Below, one piece after another: positions 13,369 through 28,085 of a DNA stretch of 64,000 nt; the stretch's first letter is position 1; each line of letters begins with the position of its first letter. The position numbers and the translations under genes are program-made. Location: positions 15,004,001-15,068,000 of the forward strand of contig OZ024755.1 of the NCBI GenBank assembly GCA_964016885.1, written 5' to 3'. The notes under the pieces are model-generated. The model was given only the letters and a program-made list of their open reading frames with translations, was not told the DNA's origin and ran no database searches. Origin of the DNA: Eledone cirrhosa. Its lineage: Eukaryota.

Positions 13369-13374
<6 letters not shown>
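13283..13374 (+). mobile_element. Family B copy with complete HHR fold (13307-13357)
   Basis: GGTTT-CAGAAGA-tcatgttaagggt-GAAA-GCA(gcgattctt)TGC-TT-AAACT. Confidence 0.75.
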
Positions 13375-13430
<56 letters not shown>

Positions 13431-13471
13431 TATAAATTATTGTTAGCGTGAAGCCAACAGTATTTCATAAT

Positions 13472-13572
<101 letters not shown>

Positions 13573-14273
13573 TCGTCGATCTTCTGGAAAGTTACTGCTG
13601 ACCAAATTTAAATCATAACCTTTAGGTTTATAGAATATACTTGTCCAAAGTGCATAGAAGTAGGAATGAATCCGGAACCATGTAGTTACAGAACGAACTT
13701 ATTAACTCCACAACCACGATTGCGTCAACACGCCAACACACTAACACACCAACACACTAATATACCAATGGGTTTATGGGGGTATTGCTACTATACGATA
13801 CTCTATGTATTACATTTTTGTATATACTGTACAGCGGAAACTTCTTTAGTAGTGACGGATATATTTGAAGACAGCTGCTTGTTAGCTTATGATTTAGCTA
13901 AGATTATATATCTCTCCTGCTGATTCATAAGGATTAACAACGTATTGATCAATACTTCATTGAGCTGCAATGATGTTATCTCGGATACGTTGTATGGGGT
14001 ATTTATGCATTAGAATTAAAAGGGAGCTGTTCACTGGTTTGTTGTGGTTTCAGTAGTTCTCTATCTCTGTCTATCAAACTGCTTTGCTCTCTCTTTCTTT
14101 CCGTTATATACATTACATACATACACCCATACCACGCAGATACACATACACACACGCATTAATATATATACACACACATTATATATATATATAAACACAT
14201 TTATACTCGCGCACATACACTTACACACACATACATACCTACATATATACATTCAAACGAAGTATATATATAT

Positions 14274-14636
<363 letters not shown>

Positions 14637-15889
14637 TGTTGTGGCTTGGACACATAGAATATATTGTATATTTCCATTAAATTCATTTTGCTTCTGTTTC
14701 AGGTTCCACGCTACTCCAATACTTCACATGAAACCTATTTCACATGCATTTTGTTTTAAGATTTTTTCCAAATAACGAGGGATGGTTCTGTCATATTGAA
14801 ATATATATTACACGTGTATTACGTTTTAGTCTTCATAGCATGAAACAAGTCGATTACGTTGGGCTGTTTCATTGCTTTAATATTGTTGCTTCAGGTCCAA
14901 AGATTGTATATTCTTGAAATATTGCTTGATACACCTAATTCGCCACAATTATCACCCTGTATTTTGTGTCTGCTAAACCAATTGTATGATGTATGCTTTA
15001 CAACTTGCAAGACATTTGGATTTCAGGTTTATCGTTAAGCCAGTTTGGCGGTGAAGTATATTCGAAAGGTTACAAAGTTCGCTTCGCCATCTTTTGACAA
15101 ATGTCTTTTATCTTTTACTATTTCTGGCAAGGGAAATTTACAGTCGTATGCAAGTGCCATTAACCTCTGGTCGACTCAGGTTTGTGAGTGAAATTGGTTA
15201 GGCTGAAACTGTTTAGATGGGATTCCTATCAGATCAACTGTATTTGTATTTCAAATGGCTAATCTTGTCATATACAAACGTCTCTCAGAATCTCTCCAAG
15301 AACTACGGATAGTGTCCTTTTGGTTTTTAATCACTTGATCCTGAATTTTATGAGTAGGCTGTTCCCTGTTTCTCTCTTGATTGTGTTGTATATATTTTTT
15401 ATTCTAAAATAAAATATTTTGGGAGTGACACAATTTTTAAGATACCGTGATATTTAACTCGGTTACGCTATAGTATATCAAGGTGGTTTTATATACAATA
15501 TATAAAGACTCCTACTTCGGTCTACGGTTATTCTTTTCATTGGCTACACGCTAACTATTGTTTTGTCCAGATGCTGTATTTTCCTATTATGTTACACACA
15601 CACACACACAAACACACACATGCTCACACATACACCCACACAAAGACACACACCATCGAGTATGTGTGAGAGAGAGAGATTTTCTTGTTTAATCTAAGAA
15701 TAAATCCTTCTCTGTGACTATCATTCGAGGTAATCCACAGTGTGTTATTGTGAAAAGCTATAACATGGAGGGGGGGTGTATTCGATCCTTTCTAGTGATT
15801 TAATAATAAACAAATTGAAAAAAAAAAATTGAAGCAATTTCTACTGAAATCTGTGGAGCGAAGGATTTGAAAGATTTTCTAATCCCAGT

Positions 15890-16200
15890 CATTATCTTCA
15901 TCGTATCATGATCATGAATATAATCAGTGTTGTTCTAACCAGATAATCGTCATCATCATCATCATCGATATCATCATCAGCGTTATCATCAACGCCATCA
16001 TTATGATGGTTATGATGATGATCATCATCTTCCTCAGCAACAGTGCCATTATCGTTGCCAGTATGATCGCTATCATCATCATCATCATTATCATTATCAT
16101 CATCCTGAACATCATCACCATCATCATCATTATCAATATCATCAGTGTCAGCAACGTCATCATCAATGTTGTCATCCAACTTGATGTTTGTCCTCTGATC
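15890..16200. repeat. Degenerate (ATC)n low-complexity tract
   Basis: Direct reading. Confidence 0.9.
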
Positions 16201-17145
16201 TTCTAAGATTTCAAGCAATAATCCGATTAAATAGTAAAACTGCTTATGAAATTAGTCTTGGACTTACTAGAACTAAAGCAGCTTTGTTCAATTTTCTCAT
16301 ATCGAACCTGAAGCTAATTTCACTTCGTAGGAAGCTGCTTCATTTCACATTGTTAAATTGGCAAAGGTGACAACTCCAACCCAACCCTAATACTAGTAGA
16401 ATACGTATTTCTGTAGTACATACATATCCTACTTCTCACATAAGACTGAATTAGTTTACCTGAGATAAAATAAAGGGAAAATTATTTTAATGTATATTTT
16501 GCGCCTTTCGATATTATTAGAGATTTCGACAGAGAATGAGTGACTAGAGCATAAGAAAAATGCCTTTTCTTCTTTCTTCCTGCTCCCTGTGCTTTGAATT
16601 CGAATCCGACAGAAATCAAATTTGTACCAGTGAAAGAACTAGTCTTGGCGAGGAGATGGTTTGTGTTATTCATTTCGAACCATTGCAATCCGATTCTCAC
16701 TCTGGCTTAATTGTATGGAAGACTCAGTCCACAACCTGGTTTAATATGGTATTTTCAGATATATATCTAATATCCTAAGAACTGATTGGTATACATATAT
16801 GATTGGTAGTTCTCTTTCTGCATTGGTGATGGGCTGGGAGCTCTATTATGTTTTTGCCAGTGACAGTTGCAGGGTGTTCTGTACAGTATAGGAAACATAT
16901 CTTCAAAGTCGTTTTCTGGCCAGTCCTTAACAGATACATAACATAGCTAAAACTGCTTTTCCTCGGCAAGAGTAGCTATTCCACACTAGATTATAATTGG
17001 GCTTTTCAAGTTCGCCAAATCACTACAAAGAGCACGTAAGATCTATGTTCAGATTTCCACATACACCTGGGAGGTTCTTCAAAGACTACACACAGACCTC
17101 ATCAATTAGAACTTAATCACACTACAACCACTAAACACCAGACAC

Positions 17146-17220
<75 letters not shown>

Positions 17221-17517
17221 TTACGGTAAACATTGATCCTATTCAATTTGAAGCACTCAACATACCTTTTTTCCACATATATATTTAGAATAAGAAAATA
17301 CGAAGTAGTTTCAGATGTTAAAGTCCTTTATTGATAAGGCTGTGATGCATATTACAATGACGACAGTGGCCACATGATTACGCGTACCAAGTGCCATCAG
17401 ACAGCTTCTTACATAATAAAGTTACGTTCCCGAGGCAATCCAAATTGAAATATGTATCACAGCTTTATAAATAGAGGACTTTAACATTTGAAACTACTTT
17501 GCATTTTCTTATATATG

Positions 17518-17589
<72 letters not shown>

Positions 17590-17959
17590 TCGAGCCTATG
17601 TATACAGTTATATAAAGACGTGTGTGTGTTTCCGTTATAATATCCATATATCCATACAGAATTGTACCAGGGTAACATCCAAATATTCGTTCACTTCATC
17701 GCAACAATTTTGCCTGCTGTTGTATCAAGGTGAATGTGACACTGGTGTGTCATAATATTTAATTTTCACTATAGAAGTGCCAAATAGATTGATGACTGTT
17801 TCATCTTGCTGATAACATATTTCAATTCAATTACATATTCTTAAACAACACACGAAAGGAACTGAAACAAATCACGTTAATTGTTTTACGAAAACAACAT
17901 TTTCAACATCATACTGTTATTTTAACTTAATAATATCCCTAATTTTGTTGTAATTTTGT

Positions 17960-19250
17960 TGTCGGTGGTCATGGTGCTAATGTTGGTGGTAATGGAGTTG
18001 GAGGTAGTGACAATGGTAGCAATGGTGGTGGTGGTAGTGGTAATGGTGGCGGTGGTAGTAATTGTAGAGGTGCTGGTAATGTTCGCGGTGGTGATAATAG
18101 TAAAGATCGTAGTAATGGTGGAGTAGAAGTAAAGTTAGACGTGGTGATAAAGGTGAGGTGGAGGTTGTGGTGGTAGTGGTAGTGGTAAAGGTGGTGGTAA
18201 TGGGGGCGTAGCGGTAATGGTGGCGGAAGTGTAATGATAGATGTGGTGGTAATTGTAGACCTATTGTTAATGGTGGATGTGGTGGTAATGGTAGAGGTGA
18301 GGATAATGATGGTGGAGGTGGTGGTGGTCATAATGGTGGAGGTGGTGGTGGTCATAATAGTAGACGTGGTAGTAATGGTAGATGTGGTGGTAATGGTGGA
18401 AGTGCTGGTAATGGTAATGGTAGAGGTGGTGATAATGATGGTGGTGGTGGTGGCGGTGGTGGTAATGGTAGAGGCGGTGATAGTGGTAGTAATGGTAGAT
18501 GTGGTGGTAAGGGTGGAGGTGGTGGTACGGATGGGGGGGGGGGGGCTTTCATCGTTATGCTATGCAGTGTGGCTGTTTAGAATGATGCTCATATGGATGA
18601 TGTTTATGTATGTGATAATGTTGATGTGTGTGATGAAGATGACTATGTTGATGTGTGTGATAATGTTGATATCGTTATTATTGATGTGTCATAATATTTG
18701 TTTCTACTTCTGGCACAAGGCCAGTAATTACTCAGTGCATTACTGGTACTTTATTTTATCGACCCCGTAAGGATGAAAGGCAAAGTAAACCTCGGCATAA
18801 TATTGATATGAGGATGATGATGTTGTTGTGTTTGATAAAGTTGTTTGCGATAATGTTGATGATATAAATAATATGGATGAACATGATAATGCTGATGATT
18901 GCGATTGTGTGGATGACGATGACGGTGTGGCCGATGATGTTTATATGTGTGATGATGTTGATGTTTGTGATGATGTTGATGTTGATGTTGATGATGATGT
19001 GGGCAATGATGCTGATACGTGTGATGATGATGATGATGTTTGTGATGATATTTATGTGGATGACGTGGATGACGTTGATATCGTTGAGATTTTTGAAGAT
19101 GTTGATATGTTTAATATTGCTATGCGTGATTATATTCATATAGATGATGATGATGTGAATGATATAGATGAACTTCATGATGATGATTATTGCGACTGTG
19201 ACGATGATGATGTCGATGATGTCGATGATGATGTTAAGCCTGATAATGAT
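17960..19250. repeat. Degenerate (GGT/GTA)n then (GAT)n low-complexity region, interrupted by a SINE fragment
   Basis: Direct reading; explains the poly-V, poly-D and poly-T ORFs. Confidence 0.9.
18697..18797 (-). mobile_element. SINE family S, 3' half
   Basis: GGCACAAGGCCAG...CTGGTACTTTATTTTATCGACCCCGTAAGGATGAAAGGCAAAG. Confidence 0.85.
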
Positions 19251-20124
19251 TAACGTCATACTTAATGATACAACCCACGCTGCAACCATAACTACCGTCA
19301 AGGACATCATCACCATCCATTTACCTTTACTATATCAGTTCTTATAAATATGTCACTAATTCCTAGCACTACCCTTGTTCTCTCCGTTTTCACTCCCTTT
19401 CCCCTAGCTCCCTATTTTCTAATTTTATTGTATTACTCTACCATTCTTTCAGTAATTAAATAATATCCCCTACAAGTAAACACACTGTAGACATATCTTA
19501 TCTAATTACGTCACATGATACAATCCATATGCCTTATCAGACGTTATAACACTTCACAGATGGAAATACAATAGTGATGACACGCTAAACAACTAATCTA
19601 TTCAACTAAAGTGCTTTTCTCTGTCAACTTAAAGCAATTGTCTAGAGAACGTCCCTCCAATTCAAACTCCTAGATTTCTCCTTGTTTTAGCAATAAGAGC
19701 TGGTCCATTTTGGCTACACGTTTACATAACTCAGAAGACAAGTTTTATTTTTCTGATAGTCTGTGATATTTTCATTTTTATTGCTTCCAAAATAGTTAAT
19801 GATTTTGAAAGAGATTTTCTAAGAATATAGTGTACCTATTTATATTTGTGAATTCATTCTGCCTAAACTACTAAATGGATATTTATAGGGCATCTGTAAA
19901 AGTACACGTAGGTCTTAGTTGATTAATCTATTTGGAGATATACGGAGACAAGCGTCGAATAATAGTGCATATTTATCTTTAACAAAGAATCTGTATATAT
20001 TCTGTATAAAACACAGGTAGTGTAATGTTTTAGTATGTAGTGAAGAGGAGAAATATATTTACGTATTCTACATATGTAAGGATATATATAAATGTACAAT
20101 TACGCACACACACACACACCTCTA

Positions 20125-20162
<38 letters not shown>

Positions 20163-20837
20163 CTTATAAACTCTTATTAGCGAGAGAAGAAAGGTGACCA
20201 TTCTGATGTCACTTATTTTCTAGACGTATGGTTATCAAATTTGGACCTTCAAACCTTGGGTAGCCCCTTTGTATCATGTATGAACATAAATAAATAATAT
20301 AATATGTCTGCTCTCTTCCCGATTGAGCACAGTTTTCCTTTTTCTTTACATATCTATGAATATTATTACACTCACACACAGATATATATCTATATATATA
20401 CGTGTGTGTGTGTGTGTGTGTATTTATATATATATATATTTGTGTGTAGGCGTGTGACTGTGTGCAATACTGTAGGTGCATTAGTAACTTACCACACTAC
20501 CAAGTAACTATTTTCTATTCATGGTAGTACTGCTTAAGGTTAAGGTAAATTACTTTTCATTCAACATATCGTAATTATCGTCAATTTTGACGTGATACGC
20601 ATGAAAGAAATAAATGATAATCACTTCCGTACCGAAGGCGTATTATTGACACTACTAATTACCGGGATAAAACCCACTAAGATCTGTAATTATTCGGCCA
20701 GCACTGTAGAGTTATCGAACCGAAAAATACTAAAATCCTTATTCATTACAAGAAGAATATCTAACGATGAATGAAGTATATCATTTTAAAATTAAACTCA
20801 ATCAAGTATATATATATATATATATATAGATATATAT

Positions 20838-20925
20838 AAGTTATTCCGGGTTCAATCGGAGCTTCCTGATGATTTCTCACGGATGAAACTTTTCTAGTCC
20901 TCTAGAAGCTTTTCTATAGAAAAAA
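20838..20925 (+). mobile_element. Family E copy 2; type I HHR at 20860-20910
   Basis: AGCTTC-CTGATGA-...-GAAA-...-TA-GAAGCT; perfect 6-bp stem I, degraded stem III. Confidence 0.75.
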
Positions 20926-20941
20926 ATATATATACACACAC

Positions 20942-20977
<36 letters not shown>

Positions 20978-21076
20978 TTTTTATTAAGGCTACATAGTGA
21001 GTTACATGTTATTCTGGAGTTTTGCCTTTTTATCACAGGGTTATCAGACGAGAATATATTATATATATATAGGGCG

Positions 21077-21253
21077 ATGGATTGGCAGTAGCGGGAGGAG
21101 AAAGTCGGACGCCATGCTTTGCAGCATAGCCCTTTATGATCTGAGTTCAAATCCCACCGAAGTTAACTTTGCCTTTCATCCTTACGGGGTTGATAAAATA
21201 AGGCTCCAGTAATGCCCTGGAGCGATTGCTGGCCTTGTGTCAAAAGTAGAGAC

Positions 21254-21258
<5 letters not shown>
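21077..21258 (+). mobile_element. SINE family S, near full length
   Basis: TGGCAGTAGCGG (A-box-like), CTGAGTTCAAATCCC, TTTGCCTTTCATCCTTACGGGGTTGATAAAAT. Confidence 0.85.
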
Positions 21259-21316
<58 letters not shown>

Positions 21317-21917
21317 TGTGGGTGTGTGTGTGTGTGTGTGTGTGTACGTGTGTATGGTGTGTGTGAGGGCATTTCGGTGTATATGGGCAAGTACATAGAA
21401 TAGAATGTATCTATATAGATTTCTATGTGTGCATGTATGAAGTAAACATATATTTATAAACATACTCATATCTACAATCGTCACCAACACACACTAACAA
21501 GTATTTATATGTGCGTGTGTTTAATTGATTATATTTTCATATCGATTTCGATGACGACCATATTTTCTCCCTGATTTATGAACTCTTTGACTATCTTCAA
21601 TTATATAATCTTTGATGTCAGTACATCCAAAATAACAGCTTCAACAAAGACCTCCACAAAGACCGCCATTAGCAACCCCACTCGTCAAGTGAGTACAAAT
21701 TACTTCCAACTCATTTTCTTTTTAATCTTCATAATCTAGATAAATGATTATATTTATTAATCACATTAGTTCTTTCTGGCTAAATGATGCATGCATGGGC
21801 CCATAGCAGTGCAAGAGTCGTAGGTTATAATTAAATTCTTTAAAATTGGTATACCCTACATCACAATTATATCTATATACATAACAAGTATGTTTTGTAC
21901 AGCAAGCGAGTTTGAAA

Positions 21918-22096
21918 TTAGAAATAGAAACTTTCGCCGTATTTTTTTACTTAACAAATTTTAGCCTGTGGTGGGGTTTAGAACCCTATAAGAAATGGAA
22001 GAAGATGAGTATTGACGTACATGTACGTCAATACTCATTTTTTTCATTCTTTAGAGGATTCTTAACCCCACCATTAGGCTAAAACTTCTTTAGTCA
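21918..22096. mobile_element. Family C copy 2, fold-back centred on GACGTACA|TGTACGTC
   Basis: Diverged ~75-bp arms; homologous to 7775-7886. Confidence 0.75.
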
Positions 22097-22147
22097 TATA
22101 TATATAGAGATATATGACTATATATATATGACTATATATATATATTG

Positions 22148-22372
22148 TTGTACTTTGGGAGGGTCATGTTGCCATCTGATCAGAGCAAACAGCACGGACA
22201 CTCTATCTCAACATTATTTTTGAAAAGCATTTAGAAATGCGCAACCGGTAAACACTTAAAAACTTAAAACCACAACTGAATACTAACCCATACAATCACT
22301 AATACTAATATTCCTAATTAAACCATTTTTCAACTGTGAACAATCTGTCAGCATTTTCTATTCCGTTTACCA
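22148..22372 (-). mobile_element. PLE-related element sharing its terminus with 12630
   Basis: TGTT(G/A)TACTTTGGGAGGGTCATGTT(G/A)CCA at the TA junction in both elements. Confidence 0.6.
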
Positions 22373-22422
22373 ATATATATATATATATATACGTATATAT
22401 ATATATATATATATATATATAC

Positions 22423-22490
<68 letters not shown>

Positions 22491-22756
22491 GTATATATAT
22501 ATATATATATATATATATACGTATATATATATATATATATATATATACGTATATATATATATATATATATATATACGTATATATATATATATATATATAC
22601 GTATATATATATATATATATATATACGTATATATATATATATATATATATACGTATATATATATATATATATATATACGTATATATATATATATATATAT
22701 ATACGTATATATATATATATATATATATACGTATATATATATATATATATATATAC

Positions 22757-22790
<34 letters not shown>

Positions 22791-22896
22791 GTATATATAT
22801 ATATATATATATATATACGTATATATATATATATATATATATATACGTATATATATATATATATATATATACGTATATATATATATATATATATAC

Positions 22897-22988
<92 letters not shown>

Positions 22989-23042
22989 GTATATATATAT
23001 ATATATATATACGTATATATATATATATATATATATATATAC

Positions 23043-23076
<34 letters not shown>

Positions 23077-23102
23077 GTATATATATATATATATATATAT
23101 AC

Positions 23103-23136
<34 letters not shown>

Positions 23137-23241
23137 GTATATATATATATATATATATGTATACGTATATATATATATATATATATACATATATATATAC
23201 ATATATATATATATACGTATATATATATACGTATATATATA
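22373..23241. repeat. (TA)n array regularly punctuated by CG
   Basis: More than 30 units of CG+(TA)n of variable length. Confidence 0.95.
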
Positions 23242-24813
23242 CATTTTACTCGCAAAAAGATGATCAACCAGGGTTGCGCGCTGCGTTTTGAAACTCGGAA
23301 CCACATGTCTGTAATGCGAAAGAGTTTACCACGTAGCTATATATTGTTTAATTTCCATATCACCTCGACGGTCTAATTTATTGATTCATGACTATCAAAC
23401 AATACAAAATATGGCTTATTTAAAGCCACAATCTCTTTACATCTATTGAAGTAGCTTAATCAATACTGCGTAATTTATCCGAGACACTCACATTCTTATT
23501 TCGTTAAGCCAGATACCCTAGACACGTCTCCTTCAACAACACCAATCTTATACAAATGATACCGCCTCCAATGTTTCCTTCACTTTCCGCAAGCCAAACG
23601 TCATGTTTATAAAACCTAGACACCTTACGTCTATCCTGCACTAATTTTATTAATATACACACTGAAAATATAGTATAATGCGGCCATGTCAATCTTGTCT
23701 CGTACAACAACAGAAAGATAACTAATGCACGCACAAAAAATAATTTTTTCTACTGCATCTTACTAACCTGAAAACAAACCACCGAAACATTTTAAACGTA
23801 AGTCCTCATGATCACTGACGAACAAACATCCGAACCATAGGCAAAATACCCGCCGTTCTTTTTTTAGCCAAAAATATACTTCAACTACAAAGAACTCTAG
23901 AAGCGTACATAGTTGGATAGTGTACTGCTTCCTTACATGGTAGAGTATTGGTGTCGCACACTTATACATACTATATCATATCCAACGAAAAATCATTCGA
24001 CTGAATGGTATTGAGTCGAACGGCTACACTTCTCTCTAACTTCAGGCTATCAAACGTATTGTAACATATTTCTGCCCCTAATATCGTTACAGAAGTGGAA
24101 TCTCCTTCTCCGATTTCGGTGATCTCTTGTCACGCTCGGCTCACTTCTCTGATCTCTCCTATTTCGTTCCATTTTCATAATCTTTTCTGATGCATTACTG
24201 AAACATGTCTTCATCGAGGCAGGCGAGTATTTTAGATCCGATGGCAAGTGCTTCAGTCTATTACGATTTAGAGTCGAACTCAACGGCACTTACACACACA
24301 CGCACACACCTTCTCCAGTACAGCAGTCGTTTCTATATCTCGCTCTGAATATATACTTCCTGTTCAAATCCAAAGTGTGCTTGAGAAAGCCACTGTTGTA
24401 GCAGCATCGACTTCTCAATAAAAATGAAAAAATATATAGATATACGTTCCATTGCAGGTGTTAATAGTAAATTATAGTCTAACCTTGCAAAGGTTAATAC
24501 TTAATCATATGTTTATAGCTTAGTTAATTCAAATTTGCCATAAAAATTTTTCTTTATATATATAATTGTCATAAATTTAATAGGATTGTAACTTTTATTT
24601 CTATTCGTCTTACTTAGTATAGTATGAAATTGTGTTTCTTTTAAAACTGTTTGATTTTACGATTTCTCATGGTGGTATTATAGAAATTACATTTCAGTGT
24701 TAGTAATTGAATATTAGTTTATGAACAGTTATATGGCTCTTTCGCCTGAGTAGTCTGACTTTTAGGAAGAAATATCGATAAATGTAGATTGTAAATAAAA
24801 TTGACTTGCTGTG

Positions 24814-24844
<31 letters not shown>

Positions 24845-25895
24845 CCACATACAATAAAGATATGTGTACGTAGATTACATACATGCACACATATATGCAT
24901 TCATACATACATAAACACACGGTATATGTTTTTGTATATCCGTACACAGGCACGCGCTCTCGCGCACATACACGCACGCAGACACATATATACATATGTA
25001 TATATTCAGTTTCATTTAGTTTTTACATTACAGCCAGATATTTCCGCTTCAATGACATGTTTACGCATCATATATGTATGTGTGTACATTTATACATATG
25101 GCCAGGGCGGGTGTTATTATAAAGGAGAATTTTATCTATTTAGCATTTATCTATTATGCAATTAAGTTTAACTATATTTCAGTCTGGCAACTGAGTATAA
25201 TTACCTCTGAAGCAACATAATATCACTTTGGATTTTTTTTTTTATATAACACTGCATTCTTCTTTTGTTTTTTTAATATCGAAGTTTCCTACGACCTTTG
25301 TAGTGTTATGCTGGGTTGTATTCAGCCAAAACATTTCTTTGGACTAGATCAGAATTTGAGCATATTTTTGTGTTGAAATGCCGATTCAAATTAATTGACA
25401 TAAAATTATGTCACGTTGTGCAAAAACATTCTCACTTTAAACCTGAGTTATTTTACGAATAAAAGCCAATACAATTATGAATTAAAAAAAAAAAAAAATT
25501 TGTTAGGTCGTTTTGAGATCAGTTCATTTCAAAAATTGGTCTGTGTTGTTCAAAGTTTCAGGCCTGTGTTTATCCTGTTTAAAATAGCGTGTAGAAATCA
25601 TCAACACAAACGTAAACGGCAGCATTCATGAATTTGTGAGATCCATTCCTTGACCGGGCAATGAGTTATGTTACTGAGCAAAACAATTTATTTCATGTTG
25701 CTTTTTCTGCCAGGAGTTGCGACCGGTTGATAGTAGCAACAAGGGAAAAAATAATGGAAACATTGTTTCATTAATCCGATCTAACGAGCTTCAAACTCAC
25801 TCGGTATGCAATATGCGAATGAGGTCTGGGAACTTGTGCATCGACACCTTTCTTATTACGCGAAAGCAAATCTCTCTCTCTCTCACTCTCTCTCT

Positions 25896-25954
<59 letters not shown>

Positions 25955-26055
25955 TATATCTTTCTGCACGAAAGTCCTTACATTTTGGAGAAGACGTGGC
26001 GATAACACGGTCCAGCCTAATTTTTGTCTTTCGAATATATCCGTTTTTCCATGGG

Positions 26056-26086
<31 letters not shown>

Positions 26087-26108
26087 ACACACACACATAT
26101 ATATACAT

Positions 26109-26151
<43 letters not shown>

Positions 26152-26165
26152 TATATATATATATT

Positions 26166-26602
26166 CTAGGGCGGGTAAAATTCCCGAGATCCATGGACGA
26201 GTTCTCTCCAGCGGTCTGTGTCCCTCATAATCGCTGCCATGTCCTGCGTCTCCAACAGACCAGTGTCTGTCCTTAGGGCATCAACATACGTTAACCTTTG
26301 TCTTTCTCTTCCAGTGTGTCCATGTTGGGGCTACCACAGGAGCACTGAGTGCAATCTCAACTTTGGATGTCGGTGACCATGTCCAGCTAACATCAATCTC
26401 CTCTGTGTCACATTTGAACTGACTTTTGGGAGGCTCCCATACAGCTCTGAATTTTTCATCCTCAGTGTATACTGATTAATGTTCAGAGCCATCCTCAGCA
26501 TTCTCGTCTAGCACCCATCGACCATCTGAGTGGGTTTCTTGGTCAGTGTCCAATCGCAACCCAAGTATATATCTGCCTTTGTATTTCCCATTCTCCTGAA
26601 AA
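26166..26602 (-). mobile_element. RTE-clade LINE 3' fragment (pseudogenised)
   Basis: Minus-strand translation WTLTKK..VDGC*TRMLRMALNI..NSELYGSLPKVS..QRRLMLAGH..H..LLW*P.HG..R...TYVDAL..DTG..M.D..RWR, the typical RTE post-RT region. Confidence 0.85.
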
Positions 26603-26730
26603 CTACACACACACACAGACGTATATATATATATATATATATATATATACAAATATATACATAGATATATCTATATATCTATGTATATATATGTATATAT
26701 ACATACATACATATATATACACACACACAC

Positions 26731-26780
<50 letters not shown>

Positions 26781-27358
26781 GTCTGTGTGTATGTACTTTT
26801 AAGGAGAAAGTGAAATACAAAGGCAGATATATACTTCAAATTTTGCATGTGAAATAATTACATAATTACATAATTGCAATCCTAATCGCCCGTTCGATGA
26901 TTATATTTACAAATTTAACTTCCTAATTGCCTGCATTGTTTACATGGACATTATAAGTGCAAACTAAACATGTTATTAATAAAGTTTGCTTCAGGATTAA
27001 TGGTCTTTATTCTATCCCATGTAGAATTCTCTATGTTCTAATTGAGGTTATATAAGGTTCACCGTCAATTAAACTAATGTTTTGCCTCATGAATACATTA
27101 ACGAATAATGCTTGATTTGTGTGTTTTTCTTTCTCTTGCATGCCTTAGTAATTATTATATGGAAGTTTAATTTACCGCTTTTTAACGTATAAAGTCTTGT
27201 TGGTTAATCACCTGAATTACAAATGTACAGAACTGCCGAATTACCGATGCAGCAAGTAATATATTTAATTTAGAAATAAATCTATCTATCCATATATATA
27301 TACATACACACATATATATATATATATATACACACATACACACATATATATATACACG

Positions 27359-27410
<52 letters not shown>

Positions 27411-27671
27411 TATAAACACACACACATATACATCTACACATATATATATATACGCACATATACATATATATATACGTATATACACATATATATATACATA
27501 TATATACACATATATATATACATATATATATATACATATACGCACAAGTTTTATTTAAAATTGTTGGGTTACAACGAGTAAATATTTTATAACTGATATA
27601 AAAGCACTCAACAGATTTTGGAGTATTTTACGATATAAAACAAATGGAAACTACATTTATAAAACCATATT

Positions 27672-27737
27672 TATTTCATTATATATATTTCAGGGATATC
27701 ATATTAAAAATATGGTATGCCCTCTTCAGATAAAATA
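27672..27737 (-). ncRNA. Minimal type I hammerhead ribozyme (mirror copy)
   Basis: Reverse complement of 27871-27936. Confidence 0.8.
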
Positions 27738-27870
27738 CAATATATAAACAGTTTTATAAATAAATTTGACATACCTTAGAATTTTTACAACTTCCATTTA
27801 AAAAGTTGTTATGGAAGTTGTAAAAATTCTAAGGTATGTCAAATTTATTTATAAAACTGTTTATATATTG

Positions 27871-27936
27871 TATTTTATCTGAAGAGGGCATACCATATTT
27901 TTAATATGATATCCCTGAAATATATATAATGAAATA
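27871..27936 (+). ncRNA. Minimal type I hammerhead ribozyme
   Basis: TATTTTAT-CTGAAGA-GGG..CATATT(ttt)AATATG..CCT-GAAA-T(atat)A-TA-ATGAAATA; predicted cut after 27928. Confidence 0.8.
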
Positions 27937-27992
27937 AATATGGTTTTATAAATGTAGTTTCCATTTGTTTTATATCGTATATACATATATAC

Positions 27993-28025
<33 letters not shown>

Positions 28026-28038
28026 CATATACACAAAT

Positions 28039-28085
<47 letters not shown>

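Larger units (their letters stand above)
27546..27979. mobile_element. PLE pLTR fold-back: 169-bp inverted arms (27629-27797 and 27811-27979) plus an ~85-bp tail on the left
   Basis: Arms are symmetric with no difference seen by eye; each contains an HHR; TA flanks. Confidence 0.9.

Noticed and set aside
16700-17060. Possible very old RTE RT remnant on the minus strand
   Set aside because: Motif resemblance too weak to support without an alignment
18756-19316. Asp-rich and Ile-rich ORFs resembling acidic proteins (also 15898-16218)
   Set aside because: Degenerate trinucleotide repeats, open on both strands, with no domain or splice support
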